Below, in pieces: positions 47,872-58,150 of a DNA stretch of 64,000 bases. Position 1 is the stretch's first letter; every line of letters starts with the position of its first letter. The DNA is from Myxococcota bacterium. GTDB taxonomy: Bacteria; Myxococcota_A; UBA9160; JAFDDA01. The stretch is taken from positions 4,000,001 to 4,064,000 of the forward strand of contig OZ245817.1 of assembly GCA_965228475.1 (NCBI GenBank). The letters are read 5' to 3'. Below the pieces are notes generated by a model. The model did not search any database, had not been told where the DNA came from, and was given only the letters and a program-made list of their open reading frames with translations. The position numbers were made by a program, and so were the translations under genes.

Positions 47872-50175
47872 TCACTCGAAGACTCCATAGCTCTGACAGG
47901 TCACGAAGTTCCGATCGTCGGGGCCCAGGAGATCGATGCAGAAGCTCAGGTTGCAGAAGCCGACCAGCCCGGGGACCACATCCAGCTGAGCGGTCATGGT
48001 CCGCACGAGGTCGGAGTCGTCTCCGTCCTCGTCGAAGAATGCCGACACGTCGAGCTGGCGCGCCTCCGCGTCGATTGGAACGCCGCCGAACGAGACCTCT
48101 TCGCACCGGAACGAGCTCATGGAGATCGAGCGCTCATCGGGATCGGTCTCGGTGTCGTCCTGGCTGGTCAGCACGAACTCGATCGGTGTCGGGACCGAGA
48201 TCGTTCCGCTCGGTGGCGTGAACGTCAGGAGAAGGCCGGCGTTCACCACGCGAGCGAACTCCTCCCCGAAGGCGGGGTTTCGGTTTCGATCCTCCCCGCT
48301 GGCGTGGATGCTGAAGGGACAGAACCAAGGCGCGTCACACGCGATCCGTCCTTCGAGAACGACATCTCCGTTCGACTCGATCGTGAGATCGAAAAGGTGC
48401 GTGACGTCGACGCCCTCGTAGTAGCCGTTGGAGGCCGGCTCGGCCGAGAACAGGAAGATCGGGGGAGGAAACTCGGGGAACGGAGGCGGGCTGGGCGGAG
48501 GGGCCGGCAGTCCGTTGATGGTGAAACCGGAACCGCCTCGGAACATCACCCGCACCGAGCCGGGGTCGACACCGGACCCTTCGTCGCGCAGCCGGATCTC
48601 GACGTCCGAGAAGTCGAAACTCTCCGGCTCGATCGAAACGATGATCTCTGGCGGATCCGTTTCGAAGACGCAGGCCAGGTCCTCGAAGGAGAAGGGCGTG
48701 AGGGTGCCGCCGAAGGTCGTGTCGGGAATCAGGTCGTAGTCGGCCTGGTTGCCGGTGAACGGCGGAAGCAGGGATCGCGGGGAGACCTCGAAGAATGCGC
48801 CCGCATCCAGGAACGGTTCACCGCAGACGAGGAGCTTCGGGAACCGTGTCGGTCCGAGCAGGGAGTCTTCGAGCCGCTGGAGACGCATCCGCAGGGCCTG
48901 CTCGTCCGCAGGCGTCTCGAAGACGAGGGAGAGCAGGTCATCGGAGGGATCGTCCGGCTCCGCGAGAGCGCTGTCGACGGCGGCCTTCGCCAGGGCCGTG
49001 GTCCAGAGGAACTCGTCGACCGCGGCGACGGCCATGGCCTGGCCATCCTCGAACTCGAGCAGGTTCGGATGGTCGGCGAGGATCTGCTCGACGCCTCCGA
49101 GCGGGCCGAGCCGGATCGACTCGCAGATGTCCTGGAGATCGACCTGCGCGTCGTAGGACATCAACCAGATCAGGATGCCTCGCAAGAAGTGGAGCCCCGC
49201 ACGAAGCGCGAGTGCATCCGTCTCGTCGAGCTCTACGGACATCGGGGGTCCGAGAGCCGCGGGCATGTCGCAGCTTCCGTCCCAGACCGGCTGCAGGGCC
49301 TCGAGTGCTGCGAGCTCCGCCAGGGCCTGATCCAACGCCGGGAGAAGCTCGGTCTCGATCGCCGCCTGGAAGGCGGAGACATCGAGCGGGCCGTCGACGA
49401 AGCAGCTCTCCTTGGCTTCGTCGCGAGAGGCGAACCACATGAAGGGGTTGCGCCCAAGCTCGCTGAAGCCGAGTGCGTCGAGCACCTCCCGGATCGTGTC
49501 CACCCGGCTCGGGTCGCCGTCGTCCGCCTGCTCCAGGAAGGGACGCAGGGAGCGCGTGAAGCCACGGAAGAGGGTCGCCGCCCCGAAGGTCAGTCCGGAG
49601 CCGGCCGGGGGCATGCCCGGGTCGTCGACGTTCAGGCCGGCGAGGCACGCGTCGAGAAGATCGTCGGCCGCGAGGAGGTCGCGGTCCACGCAGAGCGCAT
49701 CGGCCGCCGCGGCGCAGACGGCGTTGGGCCCGGGCGGACACGCGGGGCCACTGCAGCCGAGCTGGAGGGCTCCGCACGCCGGCCCGCAGTTCGCTCCCGG
49801 GGCGCCCAGGTGGAAGCCCGGAAAGAACGCCAGGAAGTCGTCGATGTTGACGAAGCCATCACCCGTCATGTCCGTGCCGCTGCCGGGCTCCGGCACCCCG
49901 ACGATGAACTCGGGCAGGAAGGCGTTGAAGTCTTCGACGTTGCAGAACCCGTCGCCGGTAAAGTCACAATCGCAGGCGTTCCCCGTGCCGTCCGCATCGT
50001 CGTCCGGCTGGCCGCCGACGGTCGTCTGGCCGGGAAGCGGCGGAACCGTCCGCGGGTTCGGAACCGAGGGGCAGTTGTCCACCAGGTCGTCGACACCGTC
50101 GAGATCGCTGTCGAGGGCAATGGCTGGGGATGAAGTCAGCAGGAGCCCAAACACTACCAGGAGCGAAACTCCCAT
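47872..50175 (-). CDS. Secreted protein with N-terminal TSP3 and dockerin/EF-hand-like motifs (paralogue B)
   Basis: Signal peptide; DSDLDGVDDLVDNCP, DFTGDGFCNVEDF, DMTGDGFVNIDDF. Confidence 0.75.
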   Translation of the reverse strand: MGVSLLVVFGLLLTSSPAIALDSDLDGVDDLVDNCPSVPNPRTVPPLPGQTTVGGQPDDDADGTGNACDCDFTGDGFCNVEDFNAFLPEFIVGVPEPGSGTDMTGDGFVNIDDFLAFFPGFHLGAPGANCGPACGALQLGCSGPACPPGPNAVCAAAADALCVDRDLLAADDLLDACLAGLNVDDPGMPPAGSGLTFGAATLFRGFTRSLRPFLEQADDGDPSRVDTIREVLDALGFSELGRNPFMWFASRDEAKESCFVDGPLDVSAFQAAIETELLPALDQALAELAALEALQPVWDGSCDMPAALGPPMSVELDETDALALRAGLHFLRGILIWLMSYDAQVDLQDICESIRLGPLGGVEQILADHPNLLEFEDGQAMAVAAVDEFLWTTALAKAAVDSALAEPDDPSDDLLSLVFETPADEQALRMRLQRLEDSLLGPTRFPKLLVCGEPFLDAGAFFEVSPRSLLPPFTGNQADYDLIPDTTFGGTLTPFSFEDLACVFETDPPEIIVSIEPESFDFSDVEIRLRDEGSGVDPGSVRVMFRGGSGFTINGLPAPPPSPPPFPEFPPPIFLFSAEPASNGYYEGVDVTHLFDLTIESNGDVVLEGRIACDAPWFCPFSIHASGEDRNRNPAFGEEFARVVNAGLLLTFTPPSGTISVPTPIEFVLTSQDDTETDPDERSISMSSFRCEEVSFGGVPIDAEARQLDVSAFFDEDGDDSDLVRTMTAQLDVVPGLVGFCNLSFCIDLLGPDDRNFVTCQSYGVFE

Positions 50176-50178
50176 CCG

Positions 50179-50571
50179 CTACTCCACGGCCTCCAGGACC
50201 GATGCAATCAACTCGTCGATCCCGGCAATCTCGAACTCCGAGCCTGACGCGCCCAGCTTCGGGATCATGAGCTGATCCTCATCCACGAGCAACTCTCCAC
50301 CCACCCAGATACGGAGGTCGTGCATCACCGTCCCCGCCAAGAGCGGAGAACGAATGACCCCGCGCTGCCCCGAGCGCCGCTCGATCTCACCGACTTGAAC
50401 GCGGACCCTCCGGCCCTCGCTCGTCACATCGACCAGGTCCACGGAACTCGCAATCGAAGAAGACACCTCCCTCTCGGAGTGTCTGCGGTCCGACGGCAAG
50501 AACGTCACGCCAGACAGGCCGATCCAGCCCAGAACTGCGAGCGCCGTTGCGACCCGTACCCAGCCACTCAT
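50179..50571 (-). CDS. Hypothetical membrane-anchored protein (130 aa)
   Basis: N-terminal transmembrane helix; ATGA overlap with paralogue A; GGAGG upstream. Confidence 0.5.
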   Translation of the reverse strand: MSGWVRVATALAVLGWIGLSGVTFLPSDRRHSEREVSSSIASSVDLVDVTSEGRRVRVQVGEIERRSGQRGVIRSPLLAGTVMHDLRIWVGGELLVDEDQLMIPKLGASGSEFEIAGIDELIASVLEAVE

Positions 50572-52838
50572 CGCGCCACCCTCAACGGAGGTGCACAAAC
50601 CCGCGGGAACGGGCCACCCACGCCAACAGGATCGACGCAGAAGTGCATGATGCAGGCGTACTCACTTGCTCCCAGGTCGACCGTTGCGGACAGCGTTCTC
50701 ACCTCGTCAGATGGGTCTCCGTCTTCTTGGAACAGTGTAGTGACAGGAATCTCGAACGGACTCGCATTCGCCGGCTGACCGTTCAGTGTGGTCCCTTCCG
50801 GGCACGGCGCGAACAGGGTCACGGTCTGATCGTCCGGGTCCAACACCGCGCTGTCGCGGCTTCTGATCTCGAGCGCGAGTTCCAGGGGTGCGAGCTCGAG
50901 TGAGAAGATGCTCCCTGGAGGACTGATCCGAAGCAACAGATCGTCGTTCACCACTGCGATGAAGCTTGCCCCCCTGAAGGCTTGGTTGCCGTTGCGATCC
51001 ACGATACGAGTACTCCCGGCGGCGCCACACCAAGATGCTCCATCCGCCGTCAGTCGAGCCGAGAAGATCGTCGCTCCATCCGAAGCGGTGCTTGGTGAGA
51101 ACAGATGACCCACTCCTCCGATCGAGCCGACTGGTACTGGAACGCCCTCGACTGCGTAGTCGCACTGGAACGGCTGAAGCCAGAATTCGAACGACGCGAT
51201 GTCTATCCCGCTGCCGTTGGCGGGCTCATCGACCGCTCGAACTTCGATGTCCACGAAGTCGAAGCCGACGGCGCTGAACCCATCCGAAGTTCCGATCGCC
51301 ACCGTCGGACGCTCTGCTTCGAACGAACAGGTCGCGTGCTCGGCCGTGAATCCCGGAATCGTTTGCCCGAAGGTGAAGTCCGGAAACAGACTCCCGTCGG
51401 CCTGATTTCCTTGGAACGGGGGAAGCAGCGCCCGGGGAGCGGTCTCGAAGAACGCACCTACGTCCAGAGGTGGATCGCCACAAAGGCCAAGGTTCGGGAA
51501 CTGAGTTGGACCGAGCAGCGTGTTCTCCAAGCGCTGGAGACGCTCGCGCAAGGCCTGTTCGTCCTCGTTCGATTCGAAGGCGAGCGAGAACAGGTCGTCG
51601 CCCTGGTCATCCGTTTCGGCTTTCCAGCTGTCGAACGCTGCCCGGGAGAGTGCCGCTGCCCAGAGGAAGTCGTCGAGGGCGGGCGCGGCACGGAGGTCAT
51701 CATCGCGGAACTCGAGCAAGCCGGGTCGATCCACCAGAAGCTGCTCGATCCCACCCAGGGGTCCGAGCTGCAACGTCTCGCAAGCGAGTTCGAGATCTGA
51801 TTCGACGTCGTAGGCGAGCAGCCAGCGCAGAAGGCCACGGAAAGAGTGAAGAAGAGCTCTCAGTGCAAGGGCATCAGTTTCATCGAACTCGATTCTCATC
51901 GACCCGAGGGTCGTCGGAACGTCGCATGCGCCATCCCATTGCGGCAGTTGCGCCTCGAGCGCCCCGAGCTCGGCGAGGGACTGATCGAGTGCGGGAAGCA
52001 GCTCGAGCTCTAGGGCCCGCTGGAAGTCCCCTGGGTCGAGGCCTCCGTCGACGACGCAACTGTCGGCGAGAGTGCTCCGCGTTGCCATCCAATCGAGCGG
52101 ATCACGTCCCAGCTCCGAGAAGCCGAGGGCATCGAGCACTTCCCGGATGCTATCGGTCGCGGACGGATCCCCATCGTCCGGCTGCTCGAAGAACGGCCGC
52201 AGTGCGCGGGTCAAACCGCGGAACCCCGTGGCCGCGCCGAAGGTGAGGCCCGAACCGGCGGGCGGCACGCCCGGGTCGTCGACGTTCAGGCCGGCCAGGC
52301 AGTTGGCCAGCAGATCGTCCGCCGCGACGAAGTCGCGATCGACGCAGAGCGCGTCGGCCGCCGACGCGCAGGCGGCGTTCGGGCCGGCCGGGCATTCGGG
52401 GCCGCTGCAGCCGAGCTCGAGGGCGTCGCAGGCCGGGCCGCAGCTCGGACCGGGGAAGCCGGACTGGAAGCCGACGACGAAGCGGAGGAAGTCGTCGATG
52501 TTGACGAAGCCGTCGCCGGTCATGTCGGTGCCGCTGCCGGCGCCGGGCACGCCGCTGATGAAGTCCGCGATGAACCCGTTGAAGTCGTCGACGTTGCAGA
52601 AGCCGTCGCCGGTGAAGTCGCAGTCGCAGGCGTTGCCCGTGCCGTCGAGGTCGTCGTCGGGCTGGCCGCCGACGGTGGTCTGTCCCGGAAGCGCCGGGAT
52701 CACGCGCGGGTTCGCGACGAAGGGGCAGTTGTCGACGAGGTCGTCGACGCCGTCGAGGTCCGAGTCCGCGGCCTGGGCCGGAAGGGAGAGCGAGAGCGCC
52801 GCGAGCAAGAGGAGCCAGATCCGCAAGAACGCCTCCAA
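50568..52838 (-). CDS. Secreted protein with N-terminal TSP3 and dockerin/EF-hand-like motifs (paralogue A)
   Basis: Signal peptide ending AQA; same motifs as 47872-50175; the two align by eye over roughly 500 aa. Confidence 0.75.
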   Translation of the reverse strand: MEAFLRIWLLLLAALSLSLPAQAADSDLDGVDDLVDNCPFVANPRVIPALPGQTTVGGQPDDDLDGTGNACDCDFTGDGFCNVDDFNGFIADFISGVPGAGSGTDMTGDGFVNIDDFLRFVVGFQSGFPGPSCGPACDALELGCSGPECPAGPNAACASAADALCVDRDFVAADDLLANCLAGLNVDDPGVPPAGSGLTFGAATGFRGLTRALRPFFEQPDDGDPSATDSIREVLDALGFSELGRDPLDWMATRSTLADSCVVDGGLDPGDFQRALELELLPALDQSLAELGALEAQLPQWDGACDVPTTLGSMRIEFDETDALALRALLHSFRGLLRWLLAYDVESDLELACETLQLGPLGGIEQLLVDRPGLLEFRDDDLRAAPALDDFLWAAALSRAAFDSWKAETDDQGDDLFSLAFESNEDEQALRERLQRLENTLLGPTQFPNLGLCGDPPLDVGAFFETAPRALLPPFQGNQADGSLFPDFTFGQTIPGFTAEHATCSFEAERPTVAIGTSDGFSAVGFDFVDIEVRAVDEPANGSGIDIASFEFWLQPFQCDYAVEGVPVPVGSIGGVGHLFSPSTASDGATIFSARLTADGASWCGAAGSTRIVDRNGNQAFRGASFIAVVNDDLLLRISPPGSIFSLELAPLELALEIRSRDSAVLDPDDQTVTLFAPCPEGTTLNGQPANASPFEIPVTTLFQEDGDPSDEVRTLSATVDLGASEYACIMHFCVDPVGVGGPFPRVCAPPLRVAR

Positions 52839-52911
52839 GTGAGGCTTCCTTCTACCACACCGCGATGCGTCAGATGCGGCCGGCCGGCGCTCGCCGGCGA
52901 GGCGTCTCGCC

Positions 52912-55083
52912 TCAGGCGGGCTCGAGGTTCGCGAACTTCAGCACGAGCTTCTTCACGCCGGCGCGGTCGAAGCGGATGTCGATCTTCGTCCCGGGCCCCT
53001 CGCCGGTGACGCGCACGACGCTGCCGACGCCGAAGACGGGATGCCGCACGCGGAGTCCGGGCTGGAGTTGCCCTTCCCCGCCGTCGGCCTCCTGGCTGTA
53101 GCTGTAGTCGACGCGCGGGCCGTCGGCGAAGTCGTCGCCGTCGGGCGGGTCTCCCTCGAGGACGTGGGGCGGGATCTCGCGCAGGAAGCGCGAGGGCACG
53201 CTGAAGTTGGTCGAGCCGAAGCGCCGCCGCTCCTTCGCGAAGCTGATGGTGAGCTTCTCCATCGCTCGGGTCATGCCGACGTAACAGAGGCGTCGCTCCT
53301 CCTCGACGCCATCGGGATCGCGCGAGGAGGCCTGGTGCGGGAAGACGCCTTCTTCGAGGCCGCCGAGGAACACGACCGGGAACTCGAGCCCCTTCGCCGA
53401 GTGCACGGTCATGAGCGAGACGCGATCGCCGTCGTCCTCGTAGCCGTCGAGGTCGGAGACGAGGGCGACCTGGTCGAGGAAGAGCTCGAGCATGCCGCGG
53501 TCTCCGGTGTCCTCGGCGTTCTGGGCTTCGAAGTCCTCGGCGCCGGCCAGGAGTTCTTTCAGGTTCTCGATGCGCGCCTCGGCCTCGGGGGAGCCGTCAC
53601 GCTCGAGGGCGCGCAGGTATCCGGTGCGATCGAGGATGCGCGCGATGGCGTCCGCCGGCGGCAGCAACCGCACGTCGTCCCGCAGCCCCGCGATCAGGCG
53701 CACGAAGTCCGCGATCTTCGCCGCCGACCGTCCGGCCTCGCCGCGTTCGAGGAGCCGCTTGAACGCCTCGAGCAGCGAGATGCCGTCGCGCACCTGAAGC
53801 TCCGCCGCACGCTCTACGCTCGTCTTCCCGATGCCCCGCGCGGGGACGTTGACGATGCGCCGAAGCGCCATGTCGTCGGTCGGGTTCACGAGCAGGCGGA
53901 GGTACGCGAGTGCGTCCTTCACCTCTGCGCGCTCGTAGAACCGCACGCCGCCGACGATCACGTAGGGAACGTCGTACTTCAGCAGCTCGTCTTCGTAGGG
54001 GCGCGATTGGGCGTTCGTTCGATAGAAGATCGCGCAGTCGCGGTAGTGGCGTTCCTTCTGCCGCACGGCGCCGAGGATCTGGCTCACGGTGAACATCGCT
54101 TCGTCGCGTTCGTCGTGGGCTTCGTAGAGCAGGATCTTCTCGCCGCCGTCGCGGTCGGTCCAGAGCCGCCGCTCCTTGCGGGCGGTGTTGTTCTCGACGA
54201 CGGCGGAGGCGCCCTCGAGGATCGGCTGCGTCGAGCGGTAGTTCCGCTCGAGCTTCACGACCCCGGCCTCGGGGTAGTCCTCTTCGAAATCGAGGATGTT
54301 GCGGATGTCCGCACCGCGCCAACCGTACACAGACTGATCGGCATCTCCGACCACGCAGATGTTCTTGTGCTCCGCCGCGAGCAGCTTCAACAGCCGGTAC
54401 TGGACGCGGTTCGTGTCCTGGTACTCGTCGACGAGCAGGTACTGCCAGCGCTGGCGGTAGTAGCGCAGCACCTCCGGGAACTCTTCGAAGAGGCGAAGGG
54501 TCAGCAGGAGGAGATCGTTGAAGTCGAGGGCGTTCTGGTCCGTCAGCAGGCGCTGGTAGGTGCCGTAGAGCTCGACGGCCTGCTCCTCTTCGAGATCGCG
54601 CGCGACGACGTCGGCGGGCCGGAGCGCCGCGTTCTTCCAGCCGTCGATGCGCCAGCGCAGGCGCCGCGGGTCGTGGGCCTTCGGGTCGAGGCCGTGGCGT
54701 CGGAGCGCTTCCTTCAGCGTGCCGAGGGTGTCCGCGTCGTCGTAGATGACGAAGCCGCGCGAGATGCCGAGGTGGCTGATGTCCCGACGCAGGATGCGCA
54801 CGCAGGCCGAGTGGAACGTCGTCACCCAGAGGCCTTCCGCGGCGTTCCCGAGGATCTTCTCGACACGCTCGCGCATCTCGCCCGCGGCCTTGTTCGTGAA
54901 CGTGACGGCGAGCACCGCTTCGGGCGCGATGCCGCACACGCCCACGAGGTAGGCGACGCGATGGGTCAGGACGCGCGTCTTTCCCGAACCGGCGCCAGCC
55001 AACACGAGCAGGGGGCCTTCGGTCGTCTCGACCGCGCGCTTCTGTTCCGGGTTCAGTCCGTCGAGGATCTGCTCGCCGAGCAA
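52912..55083 (-). CDS. pcrA: PcrA/UvrD ATP-dependent DNA helicase
   Basis: AGAGSGKT, TFTNKAA, DEYQD, NYRST, HSAKGLEF, EERRLCYVGMTRA; C-terminal Tudor-like domain. Confidence 0.96.
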   Translation of the reverse strand: MLGEQILDGLNPEQKRAVETTEGPLLVLAGAGSGKTRVLTHRVAYLVGVCGIAPEAVLAVTFTNKAAGEMRERVEKILGNAAEGLWVTTFHSACVRILRRDISHLGISRGFVIYDDADTLGTLKEALRRHGLDPKAHDPRRLRWRIDGWKNAALRPADVVARDLEEEQAVELYGTYQRLLTDQNALDFNDLLLLTLRLFEEFPEVLRYYRQRWQYLLVDEYQDTNRVQYRLLKLLAAEHKNICVVGDADQSVYGWRGADIRNILDFEEDYPEAGVVKLERNYRSTQPILEGASAVVENNTARKERRLWTDRDGGEKILLYEAHDERDEAMFTVSQILGAVRQKERHYRDCAIFYRTNAQSRPYEDELLKYDVPYVIVGGVRFYERAEVKDALAYLRLLVNPTDDMALRRIVNVPARGIGKTSVERAAELQVRDGISLLEAFKRLLERGEAGRSAAKIADFVRLIAGLRDDVRLLPPADAIARILDRTGYLRALERDGSPEAEARIENLKELLAGAEDFEAQNAEDTGDRGMLELFLDQVALVSDLDGYEDDGDRVSLMTVHSAKGLEFPVVFLGGLEEGVFPHQASSRDPDGVEEERRLCYVGMTRAMEKLTISFAKERRRFGSTNFSVPSRFLREIPPHVLEGDPPDGDDFADGPRVDYSYSQEADGGEGQLQPGLRVRHPVFGVGSVVRVTGEGPGTKIDIRFDRAGVKKLVLKFANLEPA

Positions 55084-55177
55084 TCCGCACTCCGCACTAG
55101 AGGATCCGCTGGGTTCGATCGGGGGGATCGAGACCGGTGGAATCTAGCAGAGTCGCTCGCGCCCCGAGGGACGCCGG

Positions 55178-56173
55178 TCAGTACAGATCGCGGAAGTAGG
55201 CCTGACGGCGTTTTCGGATCTTCAGCTGGTAGCGAAGCGTCGTGCCGGGCGAGATGTTCCAGTTGTAGGTCGGCTGCCATTGGTGGGCATCCTTCGGCAC
55301 GGAGGGGGACGGGAAGAGACCCGTCGCCTCGACCCGCTCGAAGACCCAGTCGTCCTTGAGCCGGATCAGGTACTCGTCACGCCCCGAGTCGTTCCCGACG
55401 GCGCCGGTGCAGTTGTGGTGAACGCCGTGAAGAGCGGCGTCCGCCGACGCGGAGAATCCCTCCGTCGGGAAGACGTGCTCGAATCCGCACTTCCCCGCCT
55501 TGTAGTCGTCCTCCGACGAGAACGGATCGTTCCGGACGCTGCACCAGTAGCTGTTGGAATCGTGGCCGCACGAGAGGAGCTCGACGTCGGAGCGAGAAAC
55601 CCAGGCCGACTCGCTCGGCACCTGGAACTGCGCGGGATACGGCGTGCCGTTGACCCCGTCCTTCGTCCGCACCACGACGCTCACGTTCACCCGATCCATC
55701 GGCTTGGGCACGTTCCACGGGATCCAGCCGTTGACCTTCTCGGGGCTTTCCCAGACGACCCCGTTGAGCTTGATCTCGTACGGATAGTCGGGGCCGAAGG
55801 CGTAGTTGCTCGGCGCCTTGATGAAGATCTCGCCGTAGCCGGAGCCGAAGTAGCGCCCCACCAGGAACACCCTCGCACCCGGCGCGAGGATGCCCACGTC
55901 GGTGAGCTTGTCCGCCGTGGCGGGGATGATGATCATGTTCTGGATCATCGGCTTGGCGGAGATCGCGGTCTGCGCCGCCCCCTCCCGGTGCAGCTCCATC
56001 TTCCGCTGGATCTGACCGGGCGTGGCTCCCTCCGCCACCGGCCCGTCGGGCTGGACCCGCTGGAGCCCTCCCCGCTCGTTGGTCTTCTTCTTGAGCAGCT
56101 GCGCCGATGCGGGCACCGCCGGCACGGCCAGCGCCAGGATCAGCGCCAGGAATCGCCATCGTACGCGGTCCAT
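55178..56173 (-). CDS. Hypothetical secreted protein (possible IPT/Ig-like region)
   Basis: Signal peptide ending ASA; PGARVFLVGRYFG...WESPEKV pattern; GGGAGGG SD. Confidence 0.65.
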   Translation of the reverse strand: MDRVRWRFLALILALAVPAVPASAQLLKKKTNERGGLQRVQPDGPVAEGATPGQIQRKMELHREGAAQTAISAKPMIQNMIIIPATADKLTDVGILAPGARVFLVGRYFGSGYGEIFIKAPSNYAFGPDYPYEIKLNGVVWESPEKVNGWIPWNVPKPMDRVNVSVVVRTKDGVNGTPYPAQFQVPSESAWVSRSDVELLSCGHDSNSYWCSVRNDPFSSEDDYKAGKCGFEHVFPTEGFSASADAALHGVHHNCTGAVGNDSGRDEYLIRLKDDWVFERVEATGLFPSPSVPKDAHQWQPTYNWNISPGTTLRYQLKIRKRRQAYFRDLY

Positions 56174-56296
56174 CGTTCCCTCCCGGATTCCAGGATCCCG
56201 GCCGCCGCGGGCGCCCCGGCCGCAGGGCGCACCTCGAGCGCGGCTTCCGATCTTACGAGAGGACGCCCTGGCGGGGCGGCTTATTCGAGGGGCGAT

Positions 56297-58132
56297 CTAC
56301 TCGACGGTGACCGACTTCGCGAGATTCCGCGGCTGGTCCACGTCCGTGCCCTTCAGCACGGCCACGTGGTACGCGAGCAGCTGGAGCGGGACCGAGACCA
56401 GGATCGAGGTCAGGAAGTCCCCGAGGTCCGGGATCCGGACCACGTCGTCGGCGTTGCCGTCGATGGCCTCGTCGCCCTCGCTCGCCAGGGCGATGATCTT
56501 GCCCTCGCGGGCGCGGACCTCTTCGAGGTTCGAGATGACCTTGTCGTAGACGGGGCTTCGGTTCGCGATCACGACGACGGGCATGCTCTCGTCGATCAGG
56601 GCGATCGGCCCGTGCTTCATCTCCCCCGAGGCGTAGCCCTCGGCGTGGATGTAGGAGATCTCCTTCAGCTTGAGCGCGCCCTCGAGGGCGGCCGGGAACA
56701 TGATGCCCCGGCCGAGGAAGAGGAAGTCGCTCGCGTGGAAGTACTTCTGGGCGATCTCGCGCACGGGCTCGTCGAGGGCCAGCGTCTCGTCGACGAGGCG
56801 CGGCAGCCGGCGCAGGTCGCCGAGGTGCTTCTGCATCTCCTCGGGCGTGAGTCGGCCGGCGACCGAAGCGAGCTTCAGCGCGATCAGGTAGAACGCGACC
56901 ACCTGGGTGGTGAAGGCCTTCGTCGAAGCAACGCCGATCTCCGGGCCCGCGTGGGTGTAGAGCACGTCATCGCTCTCGCGCGGAATCGAGGAGTCGCGCA
57001 CGTTGCAGATCGAGAGGATGCGCGCGCCCTTCCCCTTCGCCTCGCGGAGCGCGGCGAGCGTGTCCGCGGTCTCGCCGGACTGGGAGACGGGGATCACCAG
57101 GCAGCGCTCGTCGATGATCGGCTTGCGGTACCGGAACTCGCTCGCGAGGTCGACCTCCACCGGAATCCCGGCGAGCTGCTCGATCATGTACTTGCCGACG
57201 AGGCACGCGTGCCAGGAGGTGCCGCAGGCGATCAGGCCGATGCGCGAGAGCCCGAGCACCTCTTCCTTCGTGAAGGCGATGCCGTCGAGGTCGATCTCGC
57301 ACTCTTCGTCGAGCACGCGGGCGCCGATCGTGTCCGTGATGGCGCGGGGCTGCTCGAAGATCTCCTTCTGCATGAAGCGGTCGTAGCCGCCCTTCTCCGC
57401 CGCGACCGGGTCCCACTGGATCGTGCGCAGCTCACGCTCGATCGGGTTGCCCTCGGCGTCGCAGATCTCGTAGCCCTCGCGGGAGAGCATCGCGAAGTCG
57501 CCGTCCTCGAGGAAGATCATGCGGCGCGTGTAGGGGAGGATGGCCGGGATGTCGCTGCCGAGGAACGCCTGGCCGTCGGCCACGCCGACGATGATCGGGC
57601 TGCCGCCGTTCTTCGCCGCCATCAGCTTGCCGGGCTCGCGGTCGCTGATCACGCCGAGCGCGTAGGAGCCGACACACTGGGCCGTCGCCGCGAGCACGGC
57701 GTCGCGCAGGCCCTTGCCGGCTTCCATCTCCTCGTTGATCAGGTGGGCGATCAGCTCGGTGTCCGTATCCGAGAGGATCTCGTGGCCGCGCGCGCGCAGG
57801 GCGTTCCGCAGGTCCGTGTGGTTCTCGATGATGCCGTTGTGCACCACGACGACCGAGCCGGCGCGGTGCGGGTGCGCGTTCGCCTCGCTCGGCCGCCCGT
57901 GGGTGGCCCAGCGCGTGTGGCCGATGCCGGCCGTCCCCTCGAGGGGGTCGTCGCGCAGGATGCCGTCGAGGTTCACGAGCTTGCCGAGGGCGCGCCGTAC
58001 TTCGATCTGCGAGCCGTCGGAGATCGCGACGCCCGCCGAGTCGTACCCGCGGTACTCGAGGCGGCGCAGGCCGTCCATCAGGACGTCGATGGCCCGGTAC
58101 TCATCTCCGATGTATCCGACGATTCCGCACAT
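56297..58132 (-). CDS. glmS: Glutamine--fructose-6-phosphate transaminase
   Basis: MCGIVG, LEYRGYDSAG, HTRWATHG, SQSGETADT, PRNLAKSVTVE. Confidence 0.99.
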   Translation of the reverse strand: MCGIVGYIGDEYRAIDVLMDGLRRLEYRGYDSAGVAISDGSQIEVRRALGKLVNLDGILRDDPLEGTAGIGHTRWATHGRPSEANAHPHRAGSVVVVHNGIIENHTDLRNALRARGHEILSDTDTELIAHLINEEMEAGKGLRDAVLAATAQCVGSYALGVISDREPGKLMAAKNGGSPIIVGVADGQAFLGSDIPAILPYTRRMIFLEDGDFAMLSREGYEICDAEGNPIERELRTIQWDPVAAEKGGYDRFMQKEIFEQPRAITDTIGARVLDEECEIDLDGIAFTKEEVLGLSRIGLIACGTSWHACLVGKYMIEQLAGIPVEVDLASEFRYRKPIIDERCLVIPVSQSGETADTLAALREAKGKGARILSICNVRDSSIPRESDDVLYTHAGPEIGVASTKAFTTQVVAFYLIALKLASVAGRLTPEEMQKHLGDLRRLPRLVDETLALDEPVREIAQKYFHASDFLFLGRGIMFPAALEGALKLKEISYIHAEGYASGEMKHGPIALIDESMPVVVIANRSPVYDKVISNLEEVRAREGKIIALASEGDEAIDGNADDVVRIPDLGDFLTSILVSVPLQLLAYHVAVLKGTDVDQPRNLAKSVTVE

Positions 58133-58150
58133 GGCGCTCTTCCTTCTGGC

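Noticed and set aside
58133..58150. glmS ribozyme
   Set aside because: Only 18 nt separate glmU and glmS
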